NCBI RefSeq assembly: GCF_001194135.2
Contig: NC_068992.1
Coordinates: forward strand, 47,303,902-47,367,516
Source of the DNA: Octopus bimaculoides
Taxonomy: Eukaryota
Length of the DNA: 63,615 bases
Reading direction: 5' to 3'
Below the pieces are notes generated by a model, which saw only the letters and a list, made by a program, of their open reading frames with translations, did not search any database and was not told the origin of the DNA. Made by a program: the position numbers and the translations under genes. Positions within the stretch are counted from its first letter, which is position 1. Each line of letters opens with the position of its first letter. Below are positions 1-12,535 of this stretch, in pieces.

Positions 1-340
1 TTCTGTCTCTTTCTCTCTCACACTATTCCTCTGTACAATCTATTCACCCACTCTATATGTTGTTTCTTATACCTCCCACTACCCATTTCTCTCTAAACAC
101 TCCTACTCTCTCCTCTATCTGACATCATTCTCCCACTTTCATCTCAACTAAACCATTCAGTTAATCTATTTCCGAAATACTGTCTGAACTTCTCCTCCTC
201 CGCTGAATATCTTCTCCGTTTCTTTTCACTTCTTCTTCGTTTCTTTCCTTCTTTTCTTCTGTGTTTCTCTCACTTCTTTCTTTCTTCCTTCAAAATCCGA
301 AGTTCCCTCCTACCTGCCACCAAATTCACCTCGATTGCTA
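1..340. repeat. Polypyrimidine (C/T-rich) low-complexity tract
   Basis: Almost purely C/T on the + strand; the purine strand has stops in all frames examined. Confidence 0.8.
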
Positions 341-531
341 CCTTTTGCATGCATCTCCCACTCTCATTTCTCTCCTCCTTTCTCTTTGTATATAAATACG
401 TGCGTGCTCAAACGTATGCATGGATGCATGCATTTACATGTGTATATATGAGTGAGTGTGTAAGTAAGTCTGTGTGTGTATGGGTTTGTGTAAGTGTGTG
501 CATGCGTGTGTATTGTATATATTGTATATGC

Positions 532-566
<35 letters not shown>

Positions 567-713
567 GAGAGCCATATATACAAGCATACATACATAAATA
601 CATTTACGTACACTCTCTGTTCTTTCCTTTATGCATTTATGTGTGTGTGCACGCGTCTATGTATGTAGGTAAGTATGTACATGTGTGTGTGTGTGCGTGA
701 GTGAGTGCATGTG

Positions 714-748
<35 letters not shown>

Positions 749-1359
749 TGAGAGACATACAAACGTACGTACATATATATATATATATACCTATATTCTT
801 TAATAATTTTACTAGTTTCTTAACATCAACTCCCATCACCGCATTTACCTCTGCGACCTTGAAGTCCAAACGAAAGTCTTTTAATCTAGTACGGCGCCAC
901 CGTAATCCACTCACACACACACACACACATGTACACTCTAATTATTCACTCTCTCAATGCTTTACATCATTATATCGCATTGTATTTCAATAGATATTAT
1001 ACTGTACTTGATTCAAATTTATCAAATCAATATTTATTTCCCATATCAGTTATTTCTAGTGAAATTGACGCGTATTTTTCCTCTCTTCTGACTCTATATT
1101 TCCCCCTTTCTCTCTTTCTCTCTTTCTACCTTTCTCTATCTTTTTTTCTGTATACACATGCATCCATACACATATATACATACACATATATATATATATA
1201 TATATATATCTTTATATNNNNNNNNNNNNNNNNNNNNNNNNNNNNNNNNNNNNNNNNNNNNNNNNNNNNNNNNNNNNNNNNNNNNNNNNNNNNNNNNNNN
1301 NNNNNNNNNNNNNNNNNNNNNNNNNNNNNNNNNNNNNNNNNNNNNNNNNNNNNNNTATA

Positions 1360-1408
<49 letters not shown>

Positions 1409-2189
1409 ATGTATGTATGTATACCTATACGTATGTATATATATATACACACATATGGGTATGTATATATAGGCATATATATATATATATATATGATATA
1501 TCATATATTATTTGCACATATCACATATTTGTTCGCATCCAGACACGCGTATAGACACACGTACATACACGTGTGTGTGTGTTCATGTGAGGGAATGTAT
1601 GTTGATGAGTGTATATATGTGTGTGAATGTGCACACACATATATAAATGTCTTAATGCATATATGAATATGCGTCACTGGCCTCCTTTATATATTTGTCT
1701 TGGATCATTTATGTTACATTTATGCAAATTACCGAAACAATAAATATGTTCTACTATTTTTTTTATATATGACTGTACTAACGAGGATTATTGAGACAGA
1801 AACACATGTCTATCTCCGTGTTCTTGTCTTCGGAAAATAATGCCATTGATTTTCTTAAATAACATATCAAATATGTAATGAGTCTTGATTCCTCAGATTA
1901 TTTAACCGTTTTATCTAGAACGGTAACAATAGCAACCCAGTGACTGCCCTACTCTTTCTATAATAGTGTTATGTATTGTATCCTTATTTGTCTTTTGTTA
2001 TTAAAATATGTGTCACTCACCACCTCGAGTTATTTCTTTTAGCTCATTTTCGTTTCCTTTATAGATATATGCATTGCTTTACTTTAAACCAGACGCCTTC
2101 CACGGACATATATAGCTTCGTAACGTATACCACGTTTCCGCTAATTGTTTTTGTTACTATGTATTCTCAAACAGACATAGCAACCCCCA

Positions 2190-2370
2190 CTCTCTTGACA
2201 CTCCGCCCTTTGCCCCAGTGGCACACTCGGGATGTGACAACTACAGGGAGAGAGAGCTGCACCAGCGAGAGCTGCACCAGCGAGAGCTGCATTCATTTAC
2301 AACTGAACAGAGAGAAGCAATGAGAAATAATGTGTAATGCCCCCGGGTATATTGCACATCCTTTCCTCGT
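2190..2370 (-). mobile_element. Decayed SINE (family C) containing a 15-bp tandem triplication
   Basis: tttacaactgaacagagagaagcaatgagaaataatgtg resembles ttaagtggactggtacagcgtaaaatgaagcg in the family C copy at 40385-40608. Confidence 0.4.
2252..2291 (+). repeat. Tandem repeat GAGAGCTGCACCAGC x2.7
   Basis: Units 2252-2266, 2267-2281 and partial 2282-2291 read directly. Confidence 0.95.
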
Positions 2371-2589
2371 GTTGATCCCATGACGTTATAGTCGTAAATC
2401 AAACTACCTAATCACTAGACTACTAATCTACGTGCCTACACACAAACGCAAACACACGCGCGAGCCCGTGTATGTGGCGGTATATGTTTGTGTATGTTCG
2501 TAAATATACCATACTACCATTCCTTTATTCGACCAAGTTACTTTCTTTCCACGAATTTAACTTTTGCCGAGCGACTATTCCCAGATTCA

Positions 2590-2815
2590 TTCATCCGTTC
2601 ATAGTGTAGTACTCAATCCGAATGAAAGAGTTAGAAAACTACACCGCTGTATTACAATACGATATTTGGCGAGGAATCGATCCCAGTAGAGCAATGGCAT
2701 TTGTTGACTTCGTTGGGCATTCTTAATTTCAGAGAGATTTGAACTCAGAGACAAGCGACTCATAGGAAATACCTGCAAGGCAGTGCATTTTATACTGTAT
2801 TCTAACAACCGTGCC
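2590..2815 (-). mobile_element. Decayed SINE family B
   Basis: Contains gatttgaactcag (reverse complement of the family B box-B region ctgagttcaaat), as in copies at 44435-44625 and 54538-54800. Confidence 0.45.
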
Positions 2816-2887
2816 AATTAGCATCTCTCTCTCTCTCATTCTCCTACCCCTCCTTCTCTTCCCCTGTATATATGTATGCATATATCC

Positions 2888-2942
2888 TTTTATTCTTTTA
2901 CTTGTTTCAGTCATTTAACTGCGACCACGCTGGAGCACCGCC
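2888..2942 (-). mobile_element. SINE family A 3' end fragment
   Basis: tttacttgtttcagtcatttaactgcgaccacgctggagcaccg matches copies at 7232, 19555 and 63262. Confidence 0.75.
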
Positions 2943-3009
2943 CGTATATGTGTAAATCTATGTATATATATTTTTTTATAAATCTAAATGCATATATATA
3001 CACACACAC

Positions 3010-3045
<36 letters not shown>

Positions 3046-3404
3046 NNNNNNNNNNNNNNNNNNNNNNNNNNNNNNNNNNNNNNNNNNNNNNNNNNNNNNN
3101 NNNNNNNNNNNNNNNNNNNNNNNNNNNNNNNNNNNNNNNNNNNNNNNNNNNNNNNNNNNNNNNNNNNNNNNNNNNNNNNNNNNNNNNNNNNNNNNNNNNN
3201 NNNNNNNNNNNNNNNNNNNNNNNNNNNNNNNNNNNNNNNNNNNNNNNNNNNNNNNNNNNNNNNNNNNNNNNNNNNNNNNNNNNNNNNNNNNNNNNNNNNN
3301 NNNNNNNNNNNNNNNNNNNNNNNNNNNNNNNNNNNNNNNNNNNNNNNNNNNNNNNNNNNNNNNNNNNNNNNNNNNNNNNNNNNNNNNNNNNNNNNNNNNN
3401 NNNN

Positions 3405-3450
<46 letters not shown>

Positions 3451-3505
3451 GTATATACATATATATATATATATGGGTATATACATATATATATACATAT
3501 ATGGG

Positions 3506-3539
<34 letters not shown>

Positions 3540-3541
3540 GG

Positions 3542-3579
<38 letters not shown>

Positions 3580-3630
3580 CATATATATATATATATATGG
3601 GTATATGCATATATATATATATGGGTATAT
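3405..3630. repeat. Higher-order TA minisatellite with recurring (G)GGTATATACAT/GGGTATATGCAT interruptions
   Basis: About six interruptions spaced through a (TA)n background. Confidence 0.85.
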
Positions 3631-4299
3631 AAAATACACGCATACACGCATGCAAAAGCATTCACACACGTACACATTCTTATAAAAAATTAGAGGGATA
3701 GAAATCTTTGAGCACATTCCCACCATGCCTTATCGCTGAAATAGGTAATAAAAGCTAATCCAATTTCTAGAATGCTCTTCTTGACTGCGAAATATATTCT
3801 CCCTACACTTCACACATCTCTAACCTCCTTTTAACCACCCACTATTAATAACATCCATAGAAATTTCTCATTCTATTGCATTTCCTTATATTTCCAAGTT
3901 TATTCAACTTTTAATCCTTCTCCAATAATCTACTTATGTATTTATTCGCCGTATATTGATGTCTTTTTATATATATTTTCTCCATTCTTCTAAACCCACA
4001 CCATTCGCATGTTCTCGTCACGATATTTTACGCCAGCAGTGGTTAAAGCTCCTTTTTGATTTTTGTCCTTTATCAGGATTCATGCTCGCATGAGCACACG
4101 CAGGCGCATGCGCAGGCATATGCACATGCATAAATATATATATAATGGCATGCACGGCCACCCACTTCATCTCACACACACACACACACACACATACACA
4201 GACACATATACACAGTTACATACTAACGCATACACGCAGTGCATATATGTGTGTGTGATAATATTCTATATTATGTGCATGTATTAATGAACATTTATG

Positions 4300-4320
<21 letters not shown>

Positions 4321-4330
<10 letters not shown>

Positions 4331-4377
4331 ATATAGATAGATAGATATGTGTGCTTGTTGTTGTGTGTGAGAGTATA

Positions 4378-4432
<55 letters not shown>

Positions 4433-4479
4433 ATATAGATAGATAGATATGTGTGCTTGTTGTTGTGTGTGAGAGTATA

Positions 4480-4520
<41 letters not shown>
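4321..4520. repeat. Tandem duplication of a ~100-bp compound microsatellite unit
   Basis: gtgtgtgtgtatatagatagatagatatgtgtgcttgttgttgtgtgtgagagtatatatatgtatatat occurs identically at ~4321 and ~4423. Confidence 0.9.
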
Positions 4521-4525
<5 letters not shown>

Positions 4526-7231
4526 ACATGGTTACGTTCACTCATATAAACACGCCCCCGCACATGCTATTACATATGTATACATGTGCGTGTGTGTATG
4601 TGTGTGTATGTGTACTTTTACATACATATATACATATACATGCATGTATACATGCATCCATGTTGTGGACGAAAGCATGCGTATATGTATGTGTATATAG
4701 ACACGCGTATAAACTTCTAGCTGTTGATGTGTTACACACGCCTAAAGCTTATATCTTGAATGACACGATTTGGTACATTTTTTGTGTTTCATTGCCAACT
4801 TAGTACAACAGTTTCAATTGAAATGAAACATTAAATCACACAAAACTCAATTCATAAAAAAATTCCAAGTACTAAAATGTATCTATTTAATTTTTCACAC
4901 TTGTCCTCAATCACTGAAGTATTCGTGCACGTCGCCTTGTATTTGCTTTACTTAAACATGCTATTTTATACAACTGAATTATATGTCTCACTCTGTTACA
5001 CCTAAAATGGAGATCGCACATGCTATTGAAGCAAATAGATCGTTTTTATTGTGCATTACTACTGACTGCACATATATTAGAATTCTAATTGTTTGTGTAT
5101 GAGATAAGTTATATGCATGTTATATACGGATTTTCACATATTTCATTCATAATACAGGTTGATAAAAGAAAAAATAATACCCCAATCACTGACTGTTCAG
5201 CATGATATTTCGTAAATCTATTTCATTCCAGCTGGTCTTGGCTGTCTCTCAAGTGGGAATAACTCTCCCTTATAAGAGGCAGCTCTACTATAATATATAT
5301 ACATATTTTTCTTTGGAATTCCCTCCTAAATAACTTGAAACCATATAGCTTCTGTTAATTTGATTTTCTCTAGATTTATTACATCAGATGAGGTTTTCTG
5401 TACGGAACTTTACAAGTGAATGGGTTATGTGATTCAATAGAATCCAGCACAAGGAATTCTAATTAAGTATTATATTTTGTTTTGTTTTGTTGTTTCAAAG
5501 GTGGGAAAGCAGTGATCATGACTTTTCTGGGGTTTGAGTGTAGCTTCGGTTAGCAGACCCGAGTGTTTGCAACACAGAAGACATCTGGTGTTAAACCGGG
5601 AGAAAGTCAAAATACCTACCCAAGTACGCCATGGCAGAATTGGACCTCGGAAGGTAACTAGGACTACTACCACGAGGCATCTGGTTCGAGACAAGTTGGT
5701 TGAGATTGTGCCGATAACAATATATCATTCTTTTGATGAAACCGTCGAAAAATTATTCACATTCGACAATGCCTCCTCTATATTAGTAGACAATATTCAG
5801 ATATTGTGAATTGATGTTGTCATTAATAGATATCGGAAGCAAACGTCATTGGACATACATCAGGTAGGTCTCGAAACTGAGTACAGCACAAGACACACGA
5901 GGACGTTAGAGCATATTCTTAGAGTACACACTGTTAACAACGAATATTAGCCTTGCCATACCAGTATCAATTGATATAAATTATATATAAAGATATTCTT
6001 GTTAGTTTGCAATATTAAATGGCTTCTACATTAGCATTTGGAACACGAGAGAGAAGTAGATACTTTATCAATATTTTAACTGAAAGTTATGGCCGAACGA
6101 AAGCATTTTTTTAGTAATGGTCGATTACTATAATTGTAAAATTTAATACAGTTTAGGGAATCATGCAATATATCATGCTATGGTAACATTAACATTATAA
6201 CTTTCATAAGCAAGAAGGACATTTTTTTGTTGACTTTTATCTCGTGAGAATTTAAATATTCAGTAATGCTCTAGTGACAACTTGAAAACTAGAAATTCTG
6301 GACTAGCTTTAACACTCTCATAAACGTCATGAACATATCGTCAGTACATGGATAGCTTTACATTTTAGTTGCCCATTACCTTCAATATTCCACGTATAAA
6401 AGTTTGCAAAAGTAGGTGCAAAGGGGAAACCACTTATACGCCATTGGTGTCCATGTCGAATTGGCTAATGTTTCTCAATACCAATTTTGTGTGGAGAGTA
6501 CTTTGACTGTTTAATATTCCTTATCATCCATAAACACTAATGGAGATTTTAATGTTTCGCTGATATAATATTTCAGATTTTACTGGCCTCTCTACGGAAA
6601 ATTTATTTATCGCAAGGGTATTCTGATACGTTTCGACTTCAGTTGCCGAACATACATCGATTCGTATTTACTTCAGGTTTTAACAGGAATTCAGTTTTAC
6701 TACAGAAGCTAGGTATATATCACCCCCACCTTGACACTTCCGATATTCTCGCCATTTTTACTTTGGTTAGACATATTACTGGATTTTGCTTCAATAGTAT
6801 ATACCCTACACTAAGTACTAAACCTGATCCTTCAACTCCAAAATGTCAAAATTATGGGGTTCACTTAACTTCCTATATTTTACTAGCATAAGGTGACTGA
6901 CGGATATTTCAACTGACTTATCAATTTTAGCACTGTGATGGAGTAGCGACCTGTAAAAGTGTTGGTCTCTGATACTCCCACTTGGCGAACCATAAAGAGT
7001 ATTTCCAAGAATTAAGTTTTCCTATGATGATGCAAAATCTGCTATTTTATAACAACCATTTATTACTTCGGGAAACAGATACCGTAAACGTGGAAGGTTA
7101 TTTTTTAAAAGTGGTGTCTCACTTACTTCTCATCTTACATGATATATTTGCAGTTTTTCTACATTCAAAACCTTTATTCATTTAGAATCCTTTTCTTTAT
7201 ATTATTTTCTTTTTTTTTCTTCTTTTATATA

Positions 7232-7420
7232 TTTCAGTAATCCGACTGCGGCCATGCTGGAGCAACGCTTTTGGCCGCAGTAATCGACCCTAGGACTTAT
7301 TCTGTGTAAGCCTAGTACTTATTCCAATATTCTTATACGTGAGTGTATTTCTACACATCAAAAATACTGAAAGGTTAGGGAGAGTATAGGTAACAGCAGA
7401 CGTAAACACAACGGTATTAG
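7232..7420 (-). mobile_element. SINE family A, 3' half
   Basis: gactgcggccatgctggagc...aatcgaccctaggacttattc...gcctagtacttatt...acgtaaacac matches 63262-63450. Confidence 0.75.
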
Positions 7421-8228
7421 TTCCAAAACCTGCCGATTGCGGAACACAAACAGGTACAGTTCTAAAACTGAATGACATCAGCTTGTCAGGAGTTAACAAA
7501 ACTATTAGTATGATAAATTATCTAAATTATACCTTTTGTATAATTCTCATTTATAATTAATGTCCCTACAATAGTATTTATTGGAAATTATGAAAAGAAA
7601 CATATACATAGAGCTGCACTCACCCACACATAAATCAAACATTTGCATACTATAACATGCAAATACACGCATAGGCAAATATATGCGGACATGCATACAT
7701 ATAAACACATGCACAATTAGACACGTAAGCACCATAATGTGTGTGCCTGCATACACAGATGTATCTTCGATTTTCTACAAATACCGGAATATTAGAAGAT
7801 CGTGCCAGCTTCAGTCAAGAAAGCCTCGAGATTCCACAGCTACATAAAAGGTTTTAACTTCTGGCAGTGTATAGGAGAATATCACGTGACCATCATTATA
7901 GTGTTTTACTGATAAAAAAAAAATAATTTAGTTCACATTTTTGTCACCCCGAGTCTCATTTTCAACATGACATGAAAGATGTCATTATTTTCCCTTGGGC
8001 AAATTTATTGTTTTCAAATACTTCGTTGTGTTATAAAACTTCAAGGCATGGCAGCAATGTGTACATAAACCAAATCAACAGCATTAATATATGACATGTT
8101 CGAAAATTTCCCAACAGAGTACAGAACAAAATATAAACACCAGGAAATAGATTGAAGGAAGGAGAAATAGAGAGACAGAAATCAACACGCGCCCACAGGA
8201 ACATATGCATATGTATATATTTATAACG

Positions 8229-8276
<48 letters not shown>

Positions 8277-8544
8277 ATTATGAATATGTGTGTATAAATA
8301 TGCCTGTATGAATATATAACGCTTTATTATAATATATATACATGCATGTATAATTATATATAAATATATGCATATATGTATCAATGTATCAGTGCGTATG
8401 TACATGTGTGTGTATCTGTATGGGTGTCTGTGTGTGTAGATAATATATACATATTTATATATATATATTTATATAGATAGACAGACAGACAGATACATAC
8501 ATAATGCATGCATGCATACATACATACATACATACATACATACA

Positions 8545-9720
8545 ATCTCATTTCTTTGGGGCTTTAATCATGCTAGCATAACTGCCAATGAATGAAGACT
8601 CTAAATCTCTCGCGCCTATGCACGTATTCTCTATCGACAAGATGTGGGAAGCCGCATATAATGAGAGGAATAGCTTCTCCCTATCCGTCATGTTTTTAGT
8701 GAGAACGTTTTGATCTCTTGCCGCAATCCATAATTCTTCTGTGTGTATTGAAGAGATGGTTAATGCTTTTATCAGTAGCATTTATAACCCCTGGTGGTTT
8801 AATTCAACAGTTTTGTTAATGTGTTCAGAACAAAGCACTGTAATAGATGGAATAGAGAGATTCCATCATGTACTCCTTTTCTCGTAGCTATAGGATTAGT
8901 TTTAGTTATCTCCCCCTTCATTTTCTATCGATTTCTTTATTTTCCATTTCCACATAGCATGTTTGATAAACATTATTAGTATTCGCGCTACTTAATTGAT
9001 GTGACCTGTCTCTAATATCTAAGAGTGTGGTATAATATCATAGTCTTTTCTATGATCAATTCAAGTCATACTGAATATGGTTTCCCTCATTTTGCTGCCA
9101 ATAATAACCCAGCCCATCATTACCTGCTTATTTCCAGCTTTCTTTCTACGTATCTTGTAGCATCTTACTGCGTTCCGACCGGGCAGATATATGGGTTTTC
9201 AAAGTTATTGGCAAATAAACTGCAGGCCTGTAGTTTTTATGCTCTCCATTATTTTCAGTTTGGAGGAATATTACTGCTTTCCCTCCGACAGAAATACAAG
9301 TATTGATATTGGAAGTCTTACCATTTTATTGAAGATTTTTGCTACAGATTCACGAGCAATAATACACAAATCAACAACTACAAGTTATCGAATTTATTCC
9401 TCCTAGGGACTGTCCAAGCGTTTGAAAGTTCTAAAGTGTTCAGTAGATTCTTGAGGGATGTGCTGTTTGATGCATATCTTGCAGTTGTATCTTATGATAT
9501 CAATTCCTTTCTAAACCATTGTCTTTCAACATTCTGAATATTTTCATTCCATGTTCCTTTGTCCCTTCCTTGACTTCTCCGTGATGTTTGGCTGAGTTTT
9601 TTGTTACATTTGTCGTTTTATATCCCTGCAAAATCTGTTAATATTTCAAGCAATTATAAGTTTCTGGTGCACGAATCGTTTTGTAAGCCACAATCTTGCT
9701 GATATATTCTACTAAAGTAT
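8545..9720 (-). mobile_element. Decayed R4/Dong-like (RLE-type) non-LTR retrotransposon, internally deleted
   Basis: Minus-strand frames give KNYRPAVYLP (~9210-9240; cf. RT KNYRPITCL), IDHRKDYDIIPHS*IL (~9015-9060; cf. IDYRKAFDSVPHSWI), TEELWIAARDQ (~8710-8745; cf. ETEGLIIAAQDQ) and EYVHRRERFRVFIHWQLC (~8575-8630; cf. EYIxRHDxVxxYIHWKLC). Many stops and frameshifts. Consensus motifs are from recalled family knowledge. Confidence 0.7.
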
Positions 9721-10799
9721 TTAATTTATTATTATTATTATAAATTTTTTAACTATTATTGAATATTTATTATTGATTATAGGGCTTTAATTCTTAACGA
9801 AAATTCTCAAGATAAAGAGAAACAAATCTTCCTGTAAAGTATACTTCGGAGTTTTCCCGTTTAACCAATACCTTCCCGGTTCATAAGAATAGTCAAAGTT
9901 AAATAAAATGAAATTGATGACATTGAAAAAGATAAATAAATCTATAGAGCTCGTGATAACACTTTGCGTCTACGTGCGAATTTCTGTTTGTGCGCGTTTG
10001 CATTCGTATGTATTCCTACGTATCCATTTATACATATCTGTGTGTGAGTGGGCGTGTGTATATATATATATATATATACATTCATATATATACATATATA
10101 TATATATATATTTGTATATATATATATATATATATATATNNNNNNNNNNNNNNNNNNNNNNNNNNNNNNNNNNNNNNNNNNNNNNNNNNNNNNNNNNNNN
10201 NNNNNNNNNNNNNNNNNNNNNNNNNNNNNNNNNNNNNNNNNNNNNNNNNNNNNNNNNNNNNNNNNNNNNNNNNNNNNNNNNNNNNNNNNNNNNNNNNNNN
10301 NNNNNNNNNNNNNNNNNNNNNNNNNNNNNNNNNNNNNNNNNNNNNNNNNNNNNNNNNNNNNNNNNNNNNNNNNNNNNNNNNNNNNNNNNNNNNNNNNNNN
10401 NNNNNNNNNNNNNNNNNNNNNNNNNNNNNNNNNNNNNNNNNNNNNNNNNNNNNNNNNNNNNNNNNNNNNNNNNNNNNNNNNNNNNNNNNNNNNNNNNNNN
10501 NNNNNNNNNNNNNNNNNNNNNNNNNTATATATATATATATATAGGCATAATTACAGATAGACACACGTATACACACATACATGAAAAGAGAGAACGAGAA
10601 AAAAAATCAGCTTGAATTATTGACGAGATATTTCAATTAATGCAGATGCAGATAATGATATTGCACTAAACATTTTTCATAATTTAAATTTCAATATACG
10701 AGAAAAATTTCATTTACTGCACTTAATTACTTCCCGACAGTTTACGTCATTGTCGATATTTCAACTTGCAAAGCCACCTCCTTCGCTTGCACACAGATT

Positions 10800-10838
<39 letters not shown>

Positions 10839-10887
10839 ATATATTTTAATATAATAATAATAATAATTATTATTATTATTATTATTA

Positions 10888-11400
10888 GACGTCATATCAT
10901 CCTATGGTGTGAAGGTGACTCTTTAGAGGCAGGATTTTCCTGAAGGCAACCGCTAGAGTTTCTGGGGTTACAGGGTGGGATTGGAGGCTGTAATGGTGCA
11001 TGTTTGTGTCAGTCGTAGGGTGCAATTTTAGAAAGAAAAGTTTCGAAGCAGCGCTGGATCACCTTAACGTTATATGAATACTATATGAATACAATATCTA
11101 AGAGTACTTGTGACCCCTGACGAAACGCTTCTTAATCAACGTCGGGAAGAACCTTGATGAGTTAGTGGGAGCTTCTCACTTCGCTACCAGCTTTGTGTTC
11201 CGACACGTGGTCCAAGAAATTTTCCTTCCTAATGCATCTGATATCACAGAAATGGCGATCTCATATGACAAAAGCATGTGATCTGCTTTGACCAATAGCA
11301 GTTCATTTTGGACTCCTTAAATTTCTACATTCGGTAATCTGAACCTGATCGAGCCAGGTTTCGCTTAGCAGATTGCAAAAGTTTACGTCGCTTGGAATCG
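10888..11400 (-). mobile_element. Probable decayed non-LTR retroelement 3' end with (TAA)n tail
   Basis: GC-richer island whose minus strand runs directly into (TAA)n at 10867-10887. Only weak protein-like fragments (LSETWL, EIAISVISDALG); clade ambiguous. Confidence 0.3.
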
Positions 11401-11455
11401 AATCAGATTGTTTTAAAAATTAACAATAATATATGTGTTTCCTCCTAACAGTTCT

Positions 11456-11502
<47 letters not shown>

Positions 11503-11863
11503 TGTGTGTACATACATAAAGGTATTCTTTACATCCAAATCCACGTTGATGTGTTAGAATACAACGTTATTTGCCTTGAATTGACCCTTGTCTAGACTCG
11601 TAGTGCATAAGAACACTCCTAACAGATGGTCCTTGAACGTCAACGATATAAACATGCGTGCTTTTATACAGCACGTGACTATATGAGAAGCTCTCTCGCG
11701 GTAACGCAGTAATGTCTTCTAACACAACAGCCACGTTGATTGAGTGCAGGTGTGTTTCGTCATGTATGTATAAGTGACACTCCGTCACTCTCTTTGTCTC
11801 ACACACACATACATCTTTCGTATACACACACCTAAATACATATCCATACATCATCTTTGTATA

Positions 11864-12535
11864 TACAGGGTTATTCAAAAAGAATAAACCGATTTCATTA
11901 CGCAATATTTTAATTAGGAAAAGCAATAGAAAACTCCAGCTAAGTCTCAAATATTTACACACAATAAAATTTTATTTCCTGTCTTACAAGTGTTCAATGT
12001 GGTCACCACCTGCAGCACGGGCAACATCAATGCAATAAGAAAATTCCTCCCAGACGCGTATCAGCATATCACGATTCACTGAGTTGATCGCTGGTGTTAT
12101 TCGATGTTTAAGATAATCATGGTTAGTGGATAACGGTGGAACGTAAACGCGATCTTTTACATATCTCCACAACAAAAATATCACACACCGTGAGGTCAAG
12201 ATCTCGCAGGCCAAGAACAAGAGTAAGGACTTGGGTCCCTTTCTGACCAATCCACTTTTTCATTTAAATAAGTTCGAACCATCAGTTGCCAATATGAGGT
12301 CATGCGAATCTGCTTGCAGTGAAGTGAAGAGTTTGGGAGCATATCGACGTAGGTTTTTCCTGTAACGTTGTTTCCTTTAAAGAAAAAGGGACCATAACCT
12401 TCGTTCTGAGACACAGCACAGAAGACGTTCACCTTAAGGGAATCTCTTTCATGCTCAACTGTTTCATGTGGGTGCTCTGTTCCCCAAATACACACATTGT
12501 GACGATTGACTATGCCACTCAAGTGAAAAGTCGCA
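11864..12535 (-). pseudogene. Tc1/mariner (rosa/DD41D-like motifs) transposase pseudogene, 5'-truncated, with 3' TIR
   Basis: ORFs 12196-12576 and 11984-12250 encode ATFHLSGIVNRHNVCIWGTEHPHETVEHERDS-KVNVFCAVS...GPFFF...WPARS and LWRYVKDRVYVPP...LKHRITPAINSVNRDMLIRVWEEFSY-IDVARAAGGDHIEHL. Terminus TA+CAGGGTTATTCAAAA at 11864-11880 is a typical Tc1/mariner end. Frameshifts present. Confidence 0.9.

Noticed and set aside
790-910. Minus-strand peptide GLRWRRTRLKDFRLDFKVAEVNAVMGVDVKKLVKLLKNI with a possible donor
   Set aside because: No pyrimidine tract or acceptor (preceded by (GT)n) and no recognisable family.
11114-11146. CCC-CTGACGA...AACGTC-GGG, hammerhead-like with a 3-bp helix I
   Set aside because: GAAA is absent (TCAA) and helix II does not pair.
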